Assembly (NCBI GenBank): GCA_016182235.1
Contig: JACOXT010000003.1
Span: 529,199 to 593,198 of the forward strand
Reading direction: 5' to 3'
DNA length: 64,000 nucleotides
From: Candidatus Levyibacteriota bacterium
GTDB taxonomy: Bacteria > Patescibacteriota > Microgenomatia > Levybacterales > UBA12049
The position numbers and the translations under genes were made by a program. Of this stretch, positions 1 to 9,325 are shown in pieces. The notes under the pieces are model-generated. The model saw only the letters and a program-made list of their open reading frames with translations, was not told the DNA's origin and ran no database searches. Within the stretch, counting starts at the first letter, position 1, and each line of letters begins with the position of its first letter.

Positions 1-2
1 TT

Positions 3-314
3 CACGAAAGATGGAAAATCAAAGGCAAGGTTGGCCGCTTAAACAATGCTCTGCTACATTATCCCCACAAAACGTTAAGAGAATTTCTTCAAGAGATAAA
101 TTTTTATTCAACTCTTAGAGCTATTGAATTACATGATAGAGGAGATAAGGTAAGTTTTTCTTCTATAGTTCTTTTTCCATGTGGAAAATTCCTATTAAAT
201 TACTTCTTGAGAAGAGGGCTTCTTGATGGAGTACCCGGTCTAATCTTTGCAATAACGATGTCGCTTCATTCGTTCCTCGTAAGAGGAAAACTATGGATTT
301 TAATCAATAAATAA
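3..314 (+). CDS. glycosyltransferase family 2, C-terminal fragment (5' end outside window)
   Basis: Frame 3 is open from the window edge to TAA at 312-314. The tail ...LLHYPHKTLREFLQEINFYSTLRAIELHDRG...GLLDGVPGLIFAITMSLHSFLVRGKLW resembles the conserved C-terminal tail of GT2 envelope glycosyltransferases. The stop overlaps the next ATG (TAATG). Confidence 0.55.
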   Translation, partial: HERWKIKGKVGRLNNALLHYPHKTLREFLQEINFYSTLRAIELHDRGDKVSFSSIVLFPCGKFLLNYFLRRGLLDGVPGLIFAITMSLHSFLVRGKLWILINK

Positions 315-1852
315 TGAGTAAGTGGCTTATTATTCTTCTTATCTTCTCGTTCTCGCTTTCTTTAAGGCTTTGGACTATTAATCAGATGGGTAGGACTTGG
401 GATGAGTCGCAGTATATTGAACAAGGTTATAAAATGATCGAGCTTATAAAAAATGGAGATTTTAATAACAGTTTTTTCTATACTACTTATGACCATCCTC
501 CACTTGTAAAATACCTTTATGGTACTACGGCACATTTGGATGTAGAAAAGCGTTTGGCGAATGGAAATGCTATTTTTAAATACGATCTGACTTATTCAAG
601 ACTACTCTCGGCAGTTCTATTTAGTTTGGGTGTTGTGATAACTATCCTTATAGGATGGAAAATATCCTCAAAACTCGTAGGTTTCTTTTCAGGAGTAATT
701 CTTGCAATGCTGCCTTTTTCATTAGGACTTTCTCAGCTTGTGACAACAGAGAGCTTAAAAATATTCATTTATCCTCTGACTATTCTTGCCTATATCTTAC
801 TTGTCGAAAGGTTTTCTTGGAGGAGAGTTCTAGTTTCAGGAATATTAACGGGAATAGCTTTGCAATCTAAGCAGTCAAATTTCCTTCTCATACTAATGCT
901 TTGCGTTGCGTTTTTATTTCAATACAAGCAATTGAAAACAAAAGAAAAAATTATTTTCTTACAAACACGGATTAAAGCAATACTTTCTATTTTTTTGATA
1001 AGCATTATGGTTTTTGTACTGATTTGGCCGCAGCTTATATTTCATTTTAAAGATGTGTATATGATTCATGAAAAACTATGGAATGTTCAATTTTCATCCA
1101 AAATTTGGCAAATTACTCTTTCCCCGCCGGAAGTATTCTTTGGAAAACTAATGTTGACGCCTATTTTTTACTACGCGGTATATTTTTTTATTACAATTCC
1201 CGTAATTATTTTGTTTTTGTTTTTTGTGGGAGCAAAACAAATAATAAAAAAAAGAAACGTAAATCTAATTTTAGTTTTTATATGGTTTTTACTGCCGTTT
1301 TGTCTTTCCATTTATTCCTGGAGACAGCATGGATTACGATATATTATCGAAATTTATCCGCCGCTTTCTTTAATTTCAGCAGTCGGGTTTAATCTGTTGC
1401 TGACAAAATTTAAAATAAAAGAAAGATTAAAACCATTCTATTTTTTACCGATAGCTTTTTATCTATTTGTTTTGCTTTTGCAAATAAAACCTTATTATCT
1501 TGATTATTTTAATGAATTGGTAGGAGGGGTAAATAATGTCTATGGATACAAATCGTTCCAGATAGGATGGTGGGGACAGGGAATAAGAGAAGCCGCATTT
1601 TATGTTGGCTCTCGTGCGCCAAAAAACTCAACTCTCGGACTTGCGGTATCTCCTCTTCTTTCCGTACCTCCCTTGCCTAATTTGAAATCTGAAAAATATG
1701 ATCATCGAAAAATATATGATTATGTAATTGTTAATTATTACAATGTACTACGTGAAGGATTTGACGATTCTTTTATAAGAGAAAAATACAAACCGATATA
1801 TTTCGTAAAAGCAAACGAAGCCATTCTGGTAACGGTTTACAAGTTAAAATAA
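314..1852 (+). CDS. GT-C fold membrane glycosyltransferase (family 39 / ArnT-PMT-like)
   Basis: 512 aa polytopic membrane protein. An acidic loop motif GRTWDESQYIEQG follows TM1, as in PMT_2/ArnT-type enzymes. Lies in a glycosylation cluster. Confidence 0.55.
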   Translation: MSKWLIILLIFSFSLSLRLWTINQMGRTWDESQYIEQGYKMIELIKNGDFNNSFFYTTYDHPPLVKYLYGTTAHLDVEKRLANGNAIFKYDLTYSRLLSAVLFSLGVVITILIGWKISSKLVGFFSGVILAMLPFSLGLSQLVTTESLKIFIYPLTILAYILLVERFSWRRVLVSGILTGIALQSKQSNFLLILMLCVAFLFQYKQLKTKEKIIFLQTRIKAILSIFLISIMVFVLIWPQLIFHFKDVYMIHEKLWNVQFSSKIWQITLSPPEVFFGKLMLTPIFYYAVYFFITIPVIILFLFFVGAKQIIKKRNVNLILVFIWFLLPFCLSIYSWRQHGLRYIIEIYPPLSLISAVGFNLLLTKFKIKERLKPFYFLPIAFYLFVLLLQIKPYYLDYFNELVGGVNNVYGYKSFQIGWWGQGIREAAFYVGSRAPKNSTLGLAVSPLLSVPPLPNLKSEKYDHRKIYDYVIVNYYNVLREGFDDSFIREKYKPIYFVKANEAILVTVYKLK

Positions 1853-1853
1853 T

Positions 1854-3701
1854 ATGTTTTTTGATCAATATATTACAGTTTTTAGTAATATTTTTAAAAA
1901 TTTTTCAAATCTCAGATCCGATTTTGTAGAATTTAATCTTAATATAAGCATTTTTTATTTTTTAAGCAGTCTTTTTTTCGCAATATTTCTAATGGTCGTT
2001 TATTATCTAGTTGGACGAAAGATAAAATTAATATTTTTTAGAAATAATGAACACCCAACCCTTAATTTATTTATAAGTATTGCCTTAGGATACATTTTTG
2101 TAAACTCAGGATTAGCGATTTTAGGTAATTTTTCCTTGTTTTATCCATTAATTATATGGTTATATATTGGCGTAATCCTAGTTTTTGCGTTTTATCCGTT
2201 TTATGATTTAGAAAATGTTAGGGAATCCATATTCCGTTTTTCTCATTTAATAAAAATTCTTGCCAATAAGAAAATGTGGATTTTTCTTGGCACATTCTTA
2301 TTTGTTGCCATTGCTTTTCTTCGTCTAATTCCTCCGGAAATTGGAGAAGACGCAATTGGTTACCACACAAGTAATCCGCACCTATTTTTAAAAAATCATA
2401 CCATGATGCTAACGCCAACATCTTCGTCTGTCGCTCTACTTACTCCTCAGCTCGGAGAGATGTCTTATGTGCTGTCTGAATTCATCGGAATTATAGACTC
2501 AGCGCGATATATTCATTTTGCTTTTTATTTTCTTGTTGTTTTCCTTCTGATGCTTATGTATCCGTATGCGGCGATTTTTTTTGTAACTGCGCCCGTTGTT
2601 ATCCAAGTATCGTCAAAGGCAAATGTTGACTTTCAATGGATTTTCTGCTGGTTACTTTTGATATTTCTCATCACGCGAAATAGATTGAGGAGAACAAAAA
2701 ATGTAATTTTAATGGGAATACTATTCGGGGGAGTTTTGGCGTCGAAGATTTGGACGATTGCATTTTTTCCTCTATTTGTTTTATATCTGCTTATTTCTTA
2801 TAGAAAACTTTCTTCTCTTCATAAGCTTAGTATTATAATTACATTTTCGCTAAGCGCTCTTTTAGTCGACTCTGTTTGGCTTTTGCGATCCTATATCGTA
2901 ATCGGAAATCCAGTGTTCCCCGCATTTTCAACTATTGAGACTCTGGAGGGTATAAGCGGGGAATTAAGCATGAATAACATTATTGGTTTTAATAGCTTGA
3001 TGTTTCACATCAAAAATATCAGCGTTTTCAGTCCTTTGTTTTTTTTAGCAATTTTAGCTTTTATTTTCACTCGAAAAGAGTCACTAAAATTCTTAAGTAA
3101 GCGTAACTTGTCATTATTGTTCGGTCTTCTGATATTAGAATATCTTTTTATAAGGTATCATTTCGGAAGATATTTGTTAGGTTTATATTCTCTTGCAATA
3201 TTATTTTTTTCAGAAAGCGTAAAATTGGCAATTAGTAAGTTTAATTTATATAAGATTATTTTTATTTCTATTTTTATTGTTATGTTTGCTTATTATTCTA
3301 TAAATACACTGCTTATACTTCCTTATGGATTTGGTTGGGCAGATAAGAATAAGTACCTTACCAGAATATTATCGCGTGATAATTCCAGTTATTATAATTT
3401 TGACAAAAGATTTGATAAGTGGATTTCAAAAAAGGATAAAGTCGCCACATATGAAACCTTTGGGTTTTACTACGCAAATTTTGATTATATAGATATAAAT
3501 TATATCTTCGATAAAGATAATAGATCGTTTGAGCAACTGAGGCGGCGTGGTATAACAAAAATATTTATAAAAGGAGGTAAAATGGAATGGTTCTGTGAAA
3601 AATTACGGGTCACAGACTGTCACGACTCTAATTATCAATTGCTTGCGCAATATTCACCTGATCCAAAATACTTATACTTAGTGAAAAATATTAAAAAATA
3701 A
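1854..3701 (+). CDS. polytopic membrane protein, GT-C-like; paralog of 5748..7322
   Basis: 615 aa with many TM helices. Shares the loop motif EDAIGYHTSNPHLFLKNH with FDSLWYHLTLPKLYLENH of ORF 5748..7322. Confidence 0.5.
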   Translation: MFFDQYITVFSNIFKNFSNLRSDFVEFNLNISIFYFLSSLFFAIFLMVVYYLVGRKIKLIFFRNNEHPTLNLFISIALGYIFVNSGLAILGNFSLFYPLIIWLYIGVILVFAFYPFYDLENVRESIFRFSHLIKILANKKMWIFLGTFLFVAIAFLRLIPPEIGEDAIGYHTSNPHLFLKNHTMMLTPTSSSVALLTPQLGEMSYVLSEFIGIIDSARYIHFAFYFLVVFLLMLMYPYAAIFFVTAPVVIQVSSKANVDFQWIFCWLLLIFLITRNRLRRTKNVILMGILFGGVLASKIWTIAFFPLFVLYLLISYRKLSSLHKLSIIITFSLSALLVDSVWLLRSYIVIGNPVFPAFSTIETLEGISGELSMNNIIGFNSLMFHIKNISVFSPLFFLAILAFIFTRKESLKFLSKRNLSLLFGLLILEYLFIRYHFGRYLLGLYSLAILFFSESVKLAISKFNLYKIIFISIFIVMFAYYSINTLLILPYGFGWADKNKYLTRILSRDNSSYYNFDKRFDKWISKKDKVATYETFGFYYANFDYIDINYIFDKDNRSFEQLRRRGITKIFIKGGKMEWFCEKLRVTDCHDSNYQLLAQYSPDPKYLYLVKNIKK

Positions 3702-3729
3702 TATAGAATATGTAGTTATTATCTAGAAA

Positions 3730-4959
3730 ATGACAAAATTAAAGCCAATAAAATTATGCCGATCATGTTCCTCTAAAAATCTTACCAATATATTATCTTT
3801 AGGCAATCAATATTTATCCGACTTTGTTGTTTCAAATAAAAGTTTAGAAAAATATCCTTTGGTTTTAGTTTTATGTATAAATTGCAACCTTTTACAGCTG
3901 AAGCATACTACTCCTCAATCTTTTCTATATACAGAAAGGTATGGATACAAATCTGGCATCAATAAGACAATGCAGAGAGAATTGAAAGAAATTGCAGAAC
4001 AATCTCAAGAGAATTTGAGAGATAATACTATCCAGAAAATTGTAGCTGTTGATATTGGAGCAAACGACGGAACATTACTAAGTAATTACAAAAAAAACGC
4101 GTTTAGAATAGGAGTTGAACCTATTAAGAAATTTGCAAAGGATTGCAGAAAACATGCGGATATTGTTATAAATGATTTTTTTAACTTTCAATCGTATTTC
4201 AAAAAACTAAAAGGTAAAAAAGCGAATATAATTACCGCCATTTCCTGCTTTTATGATATTGATGACCCGAATAAATTTATATCTGATGTTAAAAAAATTC
4301 TCCAGGAGAACGGAATATTTGTCATACAACAAAATTATTTGGTTTCGATGCTAAAGTATAATGCATATGATAATGTAGTTCACGAGCATTTAGAATATTA
4401 TTCTCTTTTATCGTTGGAGAATTTACTTAAGAAGCATAATCTAGAGGTGTTTGATGTTAAGCTTAGTAAAGTAAATGGGGGGAGTTTTAGAACATTTATT
4501 TCCAACAAAAATAAAAAGACTATAAAAAAAAGTGTCTTTAAGTTACGTAAGTATGAGAAAAAATTAAAGTTAAATGAAAAGAAAATTTATAATGATTTTT
4601 CAGAAAGAGTTAGGGAAACGCGAGATGCATTACGTGGTCTTCTCTCAAGACTTAAAAAGAATGGGAAAAGTATTTTTATCTACGGGGCTTCTACTCGTGG
4701 AAATACACTTCTTCAGTTCTGCGACTTAAACCACCAATTAATCAAGGCGGCTGTGGAAAGAAATTCGGAAAAATGGGGTAAAAAAATTGCATCAGTTGGA
4801 ATTCCAATCATATCTGAAGAACAGGCAAGAGCAGAAAAGCCAGATTATATGTTAGTTTTACCGTGGTTTTTTAAAGAAGAATTTTTACGAAGAGAGAAAG
4901 ATTATCTAAGCTCCGGAGGGCACTTTATTTTTCCATTACCAAAGATCGAGATAATCTGA
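3730..4959 (+). CDS. SAM-dependent C-methyltransferase (zinc-ribbon N-terminus, class I MTase core, sugar C-methyltransferase-type C-terminal domain)
   Basis: N-terminal CRSC...CINC cysteine pairs, SAM motif VAVDIGANDGT, and a 409 aa architecture typical of NDP-sugar C-methyltransferases. Confidence 0.65.
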   Translation: MTKLKPIKLCRSCSSKNLTNILSLGNQYLSDFVVSNKSLEKYPLVLVLCINCNLLQLKHTTPQSFLYTERYGYKSGINKTMQRELKEIAEQSQENLRDNTIQKIVAVDIGANDGTLLSNYKKNAFRIGVEPIKKFAKDCRKHADIVINDFFNFQSYFKKLKGKKANIITAISCFYDIDDPNKFISDVKKILQENGIFVIQQNYLVSMLKYNAYDNVVHEHLEYYSLLSLENLLKKHNLEVFDVKLSKVNGGSFRTFISNKNKKTIKKSVFKLRKYEKKLKLNEKKIYNDFSERVRETRDALRGLLSRLKKNGKSIFIYGASTRGNTLLQFCDLNHQLIKAAVERNSEKWGKKIASVGIPIISEEQARAEKPDYMLVLPWFFKEEFLRREKDYLSSGGHFIFPLPKIEII

Positions 4960-5668
4960 GCCTTAAAACGGCAAAAAATGCTTCTTTTATTTCTTTCCAG
5001 TTAAGATTAGATTTATTTAAATCAACAGGGACAAAATCAATAGGAATCTCACCAAACCTAAAACCTTTTTTATAAATTTGATTTGCTATTTCAGTAAGAA
5101 CAATAAAACCTTTTGATCGAATTTTGTTAAAGTCAATAGCCTTAATTACTCGTCTCCTGTAACACCTAAAGCCATTGGTATTATCTGATAATGGAACACC
5201 TAAAATAAATTTTATCCATAAATTAGCAAGTTTACTTGCTATTCTTCTTTTAAGTTTCCATCTAAGTATCTGAGACTTTAATAAATATCTAGACGTTACT
5301 ACTGCGTCGAACTCTTTTGCTTTTTCAAGGAGTCTTGGTAAATCAGTTGGGCTATGGGCAAGATCTGCATCCATTTCAATAAAGAATTCTGAGTTTTTAT
5401 TTTTAAGTCCTTCTTTAAATCCCTCAATTACCGCTGATCCTCTTCCTCCTTTATTTCCTCTAGTAATAAGCTTTACCTTGCTTTCTTTTAAGAAATACTT
5501 CTTAACGATGCTTGCTGTCCCATCTGGCGAATTATCATCAACAACTATTATTTTTGCAATTCGTGCATTCCGTAACACTCCATAAATAACCTTCTTTAGT
5601 GTGGATTTAGAATTGTAGGATGGAATTACTACGCAAACATCACCACCCTTTTTATTTAACATAAACAC
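4925..5668 (-). CDS. polyprenol-phosphate hexosyltransferase (GT2, Dpm1-like)
   Basis: VVIPSYN...VVDDNSPDGT...EMDADLAH motifs (GT-A fold with DxD). Its 3' end overlaps the convergent methyltransferase gene by 35 nt. Confidence 0.75.
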   Translation of the reverse strand: MFMLNKKGGDVCVVIPSYNSKSTLKKVIYGVLRNARIAKIIVVDDNSPDGTASIVKKYFLKESKVKLITRGNKGGRGSAVIEGFKEGLKNKNSEFFIEMDADLAHSPTDLPRLLEKAKEFDAVVTSRYLLKSQILRWKLKRRIASKLANLWIKFILGVPLSDNTNGFRCYRRRVIKAIDFNKIRSKGFIVLTEIANQIYKKGFRFGEIPIDFVPVDLNKSNLNWKEIKEAFFAVLRLRLSRSLVMEK

Positions 5669-5747
5669 GCAAAAATATTATATACTTCGAGTATACTTTA
5701 TTGTCAGGGAGTGCGCTACTATCACGTATTGGCTTAATTGGCAAGCT

Positions 5748-7322
5748 ATGTTTACTATTGCTATTTTAATAGGGATCTATTCTTATATTATTTTTGCCCT
5801 TGGGTTGACAGGCTTGATTTACAGGCAAAATATTCTCATTGTTACTTTTATTCTTCTTTTTTCTGCTTTATATTTTTATAAATCAACTCCACGAGTATTA
5901 TTTAGGAGATTCTTGAATGTAATTTCAGAAAAAGATCGGCTGTTTTTAACTTTTTTGGGATTGATTATAATTCAAATATTAGTTAATTTTGTAGGGGTTT
6001 TGGGGCCTGAATTAAGTTTTGACTCATTGTGGTATCATCTCACTTTACCTAAATTGTATTTAGAAAATCATTCAATTTATTATATTCCAGGTGGATTGCT
6101 ATATTACTCTACAATGCCCAAACTTACAGAAATGTTGTATTTGGGCGCATTTGCTTTTGGAAGTGAAATATTTGCAAAATTCATTCATTTTTCTTTCGGA
6201 ATTTTGACATTAATAGCTTTGTACAAGCTCTCGCGAAAGTTTTTCATTTCCAAATTCGCACTATTAGCTTGCGTTATTTTTTACTCAAATCTCGTCGTGG
6301 GTTGGATGTCTATTGCAGCATATGTTGATTTAGCGCGAACTTTTTTTGAAATTATGGCATTATGGGGAATTATAAATTGGTGGGAGGAGGGAGAAAAAAA
6401 ATGGTTGATTGAGTCAGGGGTTATGCTTGGTTTGGCAATTTCCACAAAACTTTTAGCTATAGAGTCTCTTATTATTTTTTCCATTTTAATTTTATTTTAT
6501 TTTTTAAAGCATAAGAGAAAACTGATTGATTTACTTATTAGCTTAATTATTTTCTGGTCCATCTGTTTATTAATTCCTCTTCCATGGTTTGTTTTTTCAT
6601 TTATTCATACTGGAAATCCCATATATCCGTTCTTGAGCAGCATTTATCCTGTGACGTTTAATTTAGAGTTAATAAACCCTTTAACCCTTTCGGATCCAAT
6701 CTTTCCTCTATACATAGTATTAATACCTATCGGTTTATTACTTTTAGGCAAGCAAAAATTAAGATTTAAAATAATATCTTTTTATGCGATCTTGGCGATT
6801 TTTACATGGCAATTAACACCAAATACTGGCGGAGGCAGGTTTATTTTGTCATATTTGCCTGCGTTTTCTATTTTATCCGCATTTGTAATTCAGTATGCCT
6901 GGAAATTAAAAATTAAGATTGTGATTGTTGGACTTGTTGTCTTTTTTTTATTATTTTCAATCATTTATCGTTTGGGAGCAAATTTAAAATATATCCCAGT
7001 AATAATAGGTACTGAGTCGAAACAAGAATTTCTTTCAGAGAATTTAAATTTTAAATTTGGAGATTTTTATGATACGGATGGTTTTTTTAAGAAAAATATT
7101 AAATCTACAGACAAAGTATTGCTGTATGGATTTCATAATCTTTACTATGTGAATTTTCCTTTTATTGATTCGACGTTTGCGAAAAAAGGAGACAGATTTA
7201 ATTATATTGCAGTACAAAATTCAAATATTCCAAAAAGATTTAAAAACTGGAGTTTGATCTATTACAATTCCAGAACTGGTGTTAAAGTGTACTCTTTGGG
7301 AGGCTTAAAATGGACATACTAA
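5748..7322 (+). CDS. polytopic membrane protein, GT-C-like; paralog of 1854..3701
   Basis: 524 aa with many TM helices and the shared WYH..P.LYLENH loop motif. Confidence 0.5.
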   Translation: MFTIAILIGIYSYIIFALGLTGLIYRQNILIVTFILLFSALYFYKSTPRVLFRRFLNVISEKDRLFLTFLGLIIIQILVNFVGVLGPELSFDSLWYHLTLPKLYLENHSIYYIPGGLLYYSTMPKLTEMLYLGAFAFGSEIFAKFIHFSFGILTLIALYKLSRKFFISKFALLACVIFYSNLVVGWMSIAAYVDLARTFFEIMALWGIINWWEEGEKKWLIESGVMLGLAISTKLLAIESLIIFSILILFYFLKHKRKLIDLLISLIIFWSICLLIPLPWFVFSFIHTGNPIYPFLSSIYPVTFNLELINPLTLSDPIFPLYIVLIPIGLLLLGKQKLRFKIISFYAILAIFTWQLTPNTGGGRFILSYLPAFSILSAFVIQYAWKLKIKIVIVGLVVFFLLFSIIYRLGANLKYIPVIIGTESKQEFLSENLNFKFGDFYDTDGFFKKNIKSTDKVLLYGFHNLYYVNFPFIDSTFAKKGDRFNYIAVQNSNIPKRFKNWSLIYYNSRTGVKVYSLGGLKWTY

Positions 7323-8554
7323 AAATTATATTTGCTTTTATCATTGCATTGAGTTGGATATTTAGTCAGGTAATTCGAGTCCAGTTGGGCAATGGTCTGT
7401 CTTTAAACATTCTTGATATTCTGGTAGGATGTGTTGTAGCGACTAGAATTGCCTCACTTATCGCAAAAAAAAAGTTAAACTTATATTTTAAAGATAATAT
7501 TGGAAAAGGGATACTTCTTTTTAGCGGTGTAGCGATATTATCTCTTGTCTGGAATTCTCCTTCGTTAACATTTCAGCAATTTATAATTTCTGGTCTATAC
7601 ATAATTAGATGGAGTTCTTATGCCTTTTTATTTATTCTTATGAGAGAATTTAATCATATAGACAAAAAGCAAATAAAACAGCTAATGTTTGTTACCGGCA
7701 TATTTTTTCTGGTAATAGGATATATGCAGTTTATGTATTACGGTGATTTACAAAACCTATTTTATTTAGGATGGGACGAACATATGTATCGCCTTTTTTC
7801 GGTGCTTCTTGATCCTAATTTTTCTGGCATATTTATTATCCTATTTCTCTTATTTATCGTTGGGAAGAGATTAGAGATGCCAGTATATCCTCTAACAAAA
7901 GAAAAGTTACTTTTATCAGTACTTATTGCATGTACTGCTGGCGCATTAATATTAACTTTCTCTCGAGGTGCTTTCATTTCGTTAGTCTTCGCATTTACTG
8001 TATTCTTTTTCTTAATAGGTAAAAAACGATGGATATTTATAATAATTGGAATCATGCTTCTTATTGGTATTGTTTTATCCCAAAGGTTTTATATAGAGAG
8101 CATCAATCCATTCCGTACATTTTCATCATACGCTCGGTTAATGTCTATGAGAGAAGCGGGTGAGATGTTTTTCCATCAGCCGGTGTTAGGCGTTGGATTT
8201 AATACATATCGTTATGCCCAACTTCGATATGGCTTCAGAGATCAAGTAAATATTGAAACAAGTCATGCCGACGCCGGAACAGATAATAGTTTCCTTTTTG
8301 TTCTTGCGACAACTGGAATTATTGGTTTTGCCGTATATGTAGCTTTAATTATTACTATTCTAAGTGATATTTATAAAAAGTTTAGGGAGGAGAGACAGAT
8401 ATATGATGCATTAGTTTTATCATCAGTAACGGGGTTATGCATTGCGAGCCTATTTACAAATGCGCTATTTTTCCCACCTCTTATGCTCTGGATGTGGATT
8501 ATTTTAGGTACTATAGATTATAAGAAAAGAGATTTTTCAGTTCGTTCAGGATGA
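7310..8554 (+). CDS. O-antigen ligase / Wzy_C family membrane protein
   Basis: 414 aa, about 10 TM helices. Has TFSRGAFISL and SHADAGTDNSFLFVLATTGIIG segments typical of the O-antigen ligase-like family. Overlaps the upstream gene by 13 nt. Confidence 0.6.
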   Translation: MDILKIIFAFIIALSWIFSQVIRVQLGNGLSLNILDILVGCVVATRIASLIAKKKLNLYFKDNIGKGILLFSGVAILSLVWNSPSLTFQQFIISGLYIIRWSSYAFLFILMREFNHIDKKQIKQLMFVTGIFFLVIGYMQFMYYGDLQNLFYLGWDEHMYRLFSVLLDPNFSGIFIILFLLFIVGKRLEMPVYPLTKEKLLLSVLIACTAGALILTFSRGAFISLVFAFTVFFFLIGKKRWIFIIIGIMLLIGIVLSQRFYIESINPFRTFSSYARLMSMREAGEMFFHQPVLGVGFNTYRYAQLRYGFRDQVNIETSHADAGTDNSFLFVLATTGIIGFAVYVALIITILSDIYKKFREERQIYDALVLSSVTGLCIASLFTNALFFPPLMLWMWIILGTIDYKKRDFSVRSG

Positions 8555-8568
8555 CATTTGTTTATAGA

Positions 8569-9324
8569 TTAAGGATTGTATATCACTCTTAGTTCTTTCT
8601 CTGTTTTATTGCCGGCTTCATCAATAGCTACAATTTTAATGTTATTTTCTCCATTTTGAAGAGATAGCCTATATGAAAAATTACCATTCCCGTCAGTTAT
8701 AGCCCAAAAACCGTTTACTGTTACTTTTATATTTGGGTCTGTTGTTCCCTGGATATCTATAATGTTTTGGTCTTTTGAAAATGATTGTCCATCGAGAGGA
8801 GAGACAAGGTTCAAATAGGGAGATTTATTTTTCATGGTTACTAGTATGGATTTAGAAAAATCGCTCTTTTTATCGTTTATAATAGCTTTTGCTTTTATAA
8901 TGTTTTCTCCCTCAGAAATGATTTCTCTAAAAGAGAAAGTTCCATCTTCTTTAACTTGTGTTTTGTCTACAAGGTCACTATTGACGTAAAGCTCTATAAT
9001 TTGCATTGGGGCAGCAAAACCCGAAAGGATTATCTCAGCGCTACTCGTTGCTGAGGGAATAGGATTCAAAACAGGAACCGGAACAAAGGCCGTTATGTTA
9101 TTCTTAGCTTCCTCTTGACTGCCTCTAGAACCCGATAGGAAAAGACTAAAATTAATTAGCAATGGAATTCCAAACTTAATTAGAATAAGAAGCACCACAA
9201 TAATCCCAAAAATGCTAAGAAATAAATTTTTCTTTGACTGTTGTTCAAGTTTTCTTGACAATCGAGATCTATTCATAGATGAATCTTGTATAATTGGTTG
9301 ATTTTGTATTTCCTCTTCGACCAT
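8569..9324 (-). CDS. membrane-anchored extracytoplasmic protein with beta-sandwich (Ig-like) repeats
   Basis: 251 aa with a charged N-terminus, one TM (LFLSIFGIIVVLLILIKFGIPLLI), then two similar beta-rich segments (...GENIIKAKAI... / ...GENNIKIVAIDEAGN...). The ATG at 9324 sits 1 nt after the tRNA-like gene. Confidence 0.45.
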   Translation of the reverse strand: MVEEEIQNQPIIQDSSMNRSRLSRKLEQQSKKNLFLSIFGIIVVLLILIKFGIPLLINFSLFLSGSRGSQEEAKNNITAFVPVPVLNPIPSATSSAEIILSGFAAPMQIIELYVNSDLVDKTQVKEDGTFSFREIISEGENIIKAKAIINDKKSDFSKSILVTMKNKSPYLNLVSPLDGQSFSKDQNIIDIQGTTDPNIKVTVNGFWAITDGNGNFSYRLSLQNGENNIKIVAIDEAGNKTEKELRVIYNP

Positions 9325-9325
9325 G

